In this document: one piece after another, positions 60,876 to 64,000 of the stretch
Numbering within the stretch: the first letter of the stretch is position 1
How the letters are laid out: every line of letters starts with the position of its first letter
From: Candidatus Bathyarchaeota archaeon
GTDB taxonomy: Archaea > Thermoproteota > Bathyarchaeia > Bathyarchaeales > Bathycorpusculaceae
Assembly (NCBI GenBank): GCA_963800495.1
Contig: CAWDBB010000004.1
Span: forward strand, 194,741 to 258,740
Length of the DNA stretch: 64,000 bases
Direction of reading: 5' to 3'
The notes under the pieces: model-generated
What the model was told of the DNA's origin: nothing
Seen by the model: only the letters and a program-made list of their open reading frames with translations
Database searches by the model: none
Made by a program: the position numbers and the translations under genes

Positions 60876-61219
60876 ATTCTTTAGTAAAGAGCGAGCGAGA
60901 TTTAACCTTTCCTATATAAACTATTTATAGCTATATATTCTATTTTCAGAGCCCTTAATCATAACGCCTACCTATTGAAGGCAGGTGTGCTTGGAATGAA
61001 CAAAAAAACTCCACTTTTCAAGTATGAAACATTTATAGTTCGCCGACCAAAATGCGCGGAAACCCACGATTCGTTAAGGAAGCACGAACGCTGATTTCGC
61101 ACACGACTTCATCGGTGAATATTTTTTTTATTATGTTTCCTTTATAAAATGCAATAGTCATTATTCCTTCATTAAGATAGAAAATTACAATGGAGACGAT
61201 AACCAGTGGGTAAAGTGTT

Positions 61220-63355
61220 TTGTTAGCGCCAAAAAACCTTGATTCAGATACAAATGCTGCCTTAACCCAGAAGAAAATACTAGATAATCCAAGCTATTAT
61301 ATCAATAGGGAACTTAGCTGGATAAGATTTAACGCCCGCGTCCTTGAGGAAGCACGTGACCTGTGGCATCCTCTATTGGAGAGGGTTAAGTTTATTGCTA
61401 TCTGCGGCAGCAACCTTGACGAGTTCTTTATGACACGTGTAGCTCGACTTGTTAAAAAAGTCAAATCAGAATCAGACGACAAATCGATGGATGGGATGAG
61501 TTACATTGAACAAATCCAAGCCACACGTAAAGAAATAATTCCACTTATTGAAAATCATTCAAAGTGCTGGAAAGACGAAATTATTCCTGCTTTGTCCAAA
61601 GAAGAGATTTATGTCAGCAGCTTTGAACATTTATCAGAAAAAGATAAGGAAAACTTGAGAGAGTTCTTCGAGACAGCTATTGCTCCATCAATTAGGGTTC
61701 CTAAAGTGGGCTTTGATAGTGTTTCAATTGAGAACCTGCATATAACTCTCTACATTTCCGGTTTTCATAATCAGTTTTCAAACTTCTGCATCTTGCTAGA
61801 TGTTCCCGCCGAAAAATTTGGAAGACTAATAAGTATTCCAAAAAGCCAAATCATGGAAACCAAAGAAAGTAAAGAGCACCATTTTGTACTATTGGAAGAT
61901 TTGATTATAAATAATCTAAATGTGATTTTTCCAACAGAAAAAAACCTGACCGCATATCCATTCAGGTTAACGCGTAATGGAGAAATAGATATCCTGATGG
62001 ATGAATCTGCGGACTTCCTTAATACTGTACAGAAAAGTCTTTCGACTCGAAAAGCCGGATTTCCGACAAGACTTGAATTTGATAAGAAAATGCCTATTCA
62101 ATTAAGGGATTTAATTTCCAAAAAATTGGGTTTGCCTGAATATTTAACTTATGAGTTTGATGGACCCCTTGGGCTTGTTGACCTTTGGCAATTGCTTAAA
62201 ATAAATCGTCCAGACATTAAAGACAAAAGCTTCTTCCCTTGTATTTCGCCGTTAATGATCTCAAAAAACAACATTTTTGAGACCATCGCTAAACAGGACT
62301 TTGTTCTCTACCATCCCTATGATGGCTTTGATGTAATAATTGACCTATTAAGAGAAGGAGCTATTGACGATGATGTTTCGGAAATCTGCATAACAATGTA
62401 TCGAATGGATCATAAATCACCTATTGTTGATGCATTGATTGAAGCTGCCAGGAATGGCAAAAAAGTCACCGCCATAGTTGAATTGAAAGCTAAATTTGAC
62501 GAAGAAAACAACATCCTTCTGGTCACGAAACTTCAAAGCGGCGGCGTAAACACAGTTTACAACTTCCCAAATTTCAAGGTACACGCAAAACTGTGCCTAA
62601 TAACTAGAAAAGAAAAAAATGAGGTAGTCAGATACTCTCACATTGGCTCGGGAAACTATAATGCAGTTACAGCGAAAATCTACGGCGACATAGGCTACCT
62701 TACAGCAAACCCTGAAGTAGGGTTGGAACTTGAAGACTTATTCAAAGCAATAATAAATGGGCTTCAAGAAAAAGAGACTAAACATCTACTAGTAGCTCCA
62801 AAAACGTTGAAGAGTGAAATTCTTAGGCGAATAGATAAAGAAATAAGCTTTCACCAAAAAACAGGACGAGGCTATTTAGCGTTTAAACTAAACAACTTGG
62901 AAGAGAAAGGAATCATTCAAGCCCTTTACAAGGCATCGATGGCAGGAATCAAAATTGACCTCAATGTTCGAGGCTTATGTTGTTTAAGACCTGGAATTGA
63001 AGGAGTAAGCGACAACATTTCAGTTATTTCCATAGTGGGACGATTCCTTGAGCATGCCCGAATCTACTACTTCCGTTATGATACTGAAGACGAAGTGCTC
63101 ATCGGCAGTTCAGATATGATGTTTAGAAACCTCAACGAAAGAATCGAAGTCCTCTTATCCGTACCCGACCCCTACCTGCGACAAACTATCCTCGAAGACA
63201 TGCTTAAAATTCATCTTCGAGACAACGTTAAAGCAAGACGACTACTTCTGGATGGAACCTATGAAAGAGTCAAAGTAAAAGAAGGCGAAGAAGTCATCAA
63301 TTCTCAAGCTTGGCTAATTGAGAACAGAGGCATCTGGAATGAACGCCCACATTAA
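61220..63355 (+). CDS. ppk1: Polyphosphate kinase 1
   Basis: YINRELSW..FN.RVL, SNLDEFFM.RV, HPY, VELKAKFDEENN, KVHAK, GNYN, GRFLEH.R. Confidence 0.96.
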   Translation: MLAPKNLDSDTNAALTQKKILDNPSYYINRELSWIRFNARVLEEARDLWHPLLERVKFIAICGSNLDEFFMTRVARLVKKVKSESDDKSMDGMSYIEQIQATRKEIIPLIENHSKCWKDEIIPALSKEEIYVSSFEHLSEKDKENLREFFETAIAPSIRVPKVGFDSVSIENLHITLYISGFHNQFSNFCILLDVPAEKFGRLISIPKSQIMETKESKEHHFVLLEDLIINNLNVIFPTEKNLTAYPFRLTRNGEIDILMDESADFLNTVQKSLSTRKAGFPTRLEFDKKMPIQLRDLISKKLGLPEYLTYEFDGPLGLVDLWQLLKINRPDIKDKSFFPCISPLMISKNNIFETIAKQDFVLYHPYDGFDVIIDLLREGAIDDDVSEICITMYRMDHKSPIVDALIEAARNGKKVTAIVELKAKFDEENNILLVTKLQSGGVNTVYNFPNFKVHAKLCLITRKEKNEVVRYSHIGSGNYNAVTAKIYGDIGYLTANPEVGLELEDLFKAIINGLQEKETKHLLVAPKTLKSEILRRIDKEISFHQKTGRGYLAFKLNNLEEKGIIQALYKASMAGIKIDLNVRGLCCLRPGIEGVSDNISVISIVGRFLEHARIYYFRYDTEDEVLIGSSDMMFRNLNERIEVLLSVPDPYLRQTILEDMLKIHLRDNVKARRLLLDGTYERVKVKEGEEVINSQAWLIENRGIWNERPH

Positions 63356-64000
63356 AGCTCAAAGATGCCAAAGCAACTTGAGTTATTGCAAATTTGGGTC
63401 AGAAGCACTCATAAAACTTCTCAATGTTTTTGAAGACCAAATTAGTGGAGTAATAAAAAACGACGACATCGAATATGTCCATAAAACTCGCGTCACTTCT
63501 CGAAGACTCAGAGCTACCATGCCCCTTTTTAAAGACTGTTTCCGCAGAAAAGATTTCAAAGAATGGCTATGTGAAATTAAGAAAGTCACGCGTCTGCTTG
63601 GCGATGCCAGAGACCTAGACGTGCAGATAGTCTTTGTTGAGCAGTATATACAGAAATTGGAGTCAGAGGCTGAAAGGACTGGCATTGAGAGTCTGGTTAA
63701 GAGTCATAAAGATCAAAGGAGAAGTATCCAACCATCCATTGTTAGTGGCTTGGAGCAGCTGAAGGAAAGCGATATTTTAGGAAATATGCAACAATTTTGT
63801 GAACAATCAAATGAGGAACAATCAAATGAGTTGTTTGATCCCCAAAAGGTACTGGAAAAAGCCTGTTGGCATATTTCTTTTAGAATTGACGATTTATTAG
63901 CGTTAGAGAACTATGTTCACTTAGAAAACGAAGTTTTAAAGCACCACCAAATGAGAATATGTGCAAAGAAACTGCGCTATACAATGGAATCCTTTGCCTC
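63339..64000 (+). CDS. CHAD-domain protein (polyphosphate-binding; partial, runs off the window end)
   Basis: Manual translation: DIEYVHKTRVTSRRLRA, LGDARDLDV, HHQMRICAKKLRYTME; overlaps the ppk1 end. Confidence 0.92.
   Translation, partial: MNAHIKAQRCQSNLSYCKFGSEALIKLLNVFEDQISGVIKNDDIEYVHKTRVTSRRLRATMPLFKDCFRRKDFKEWLCEIKKVTRLLGDARDLDVQIVFVEQYIQKLESEAERTGIESLVKSHKDQRRSIQPSIVSGLEQLKESDILGNMQQFCEQSNEEQSNELFDPQKVLEKACWHISFRIDDLLALENYVHLENEVLKHHQMRICAKKLRYTMESFA

Overview
Archaeal chromosomal window, most likely Bathyarchaeia/TACK. This is inferred from RadA, a single-OB crenarchaeal-type SSB, a CdvA-like protein, archaeal pantoate kinase/PPAT, archaeal HMG-CoA synthase and an archaeal-type tRNA-Lys. 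It holds about 65 genes covering DNA repair (uvrA/uvrB, radA, UDG, radical SAM + dinB), aminoacyl-tRNA synthetases (metG, valS, a divergent cysS paralog), cofactor metabolism (pncB, nadX, thiT, pok/coaD), oxidative stress (Bcp, katG, desulforedoxin-like), glycosylation, membrane proteostasis (HtrA, NfeD/SPFH, LemA/TPM) and a polyphosphate cluster (CYTH, ppk1, CHAD). No CRISPR, transposase or integrase was seen. Highlights: (1) a canonical TPP riboswitch in an archaeon, overlapping the RBS of thiT and heading an operon with an uncharacterised PurM/ThiL-fold enzyme (candidate thiamine-salvage kinase); (2) a DUF35–HMG-CoA synthase fusion paired with a thiolase that has lost all catalytic motifs; (3) an RHH DNA-binding domain fused to a CblS (alpha-ribazole kinase)-like domain, a candidate cofactor-sensing regulator; (4) a CdvA-like coiled coil with an ~800-aa acidic repeat tail; (5) a CysRS paralog with altered Zn ligands and no anticodon domain. 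Seven frameshifts between 39 and 53 kb, several in essential genes and mostly 1-nt insertions, look like sequencing errors. All family assignments come from motif recognition by eye; no database searches were run.
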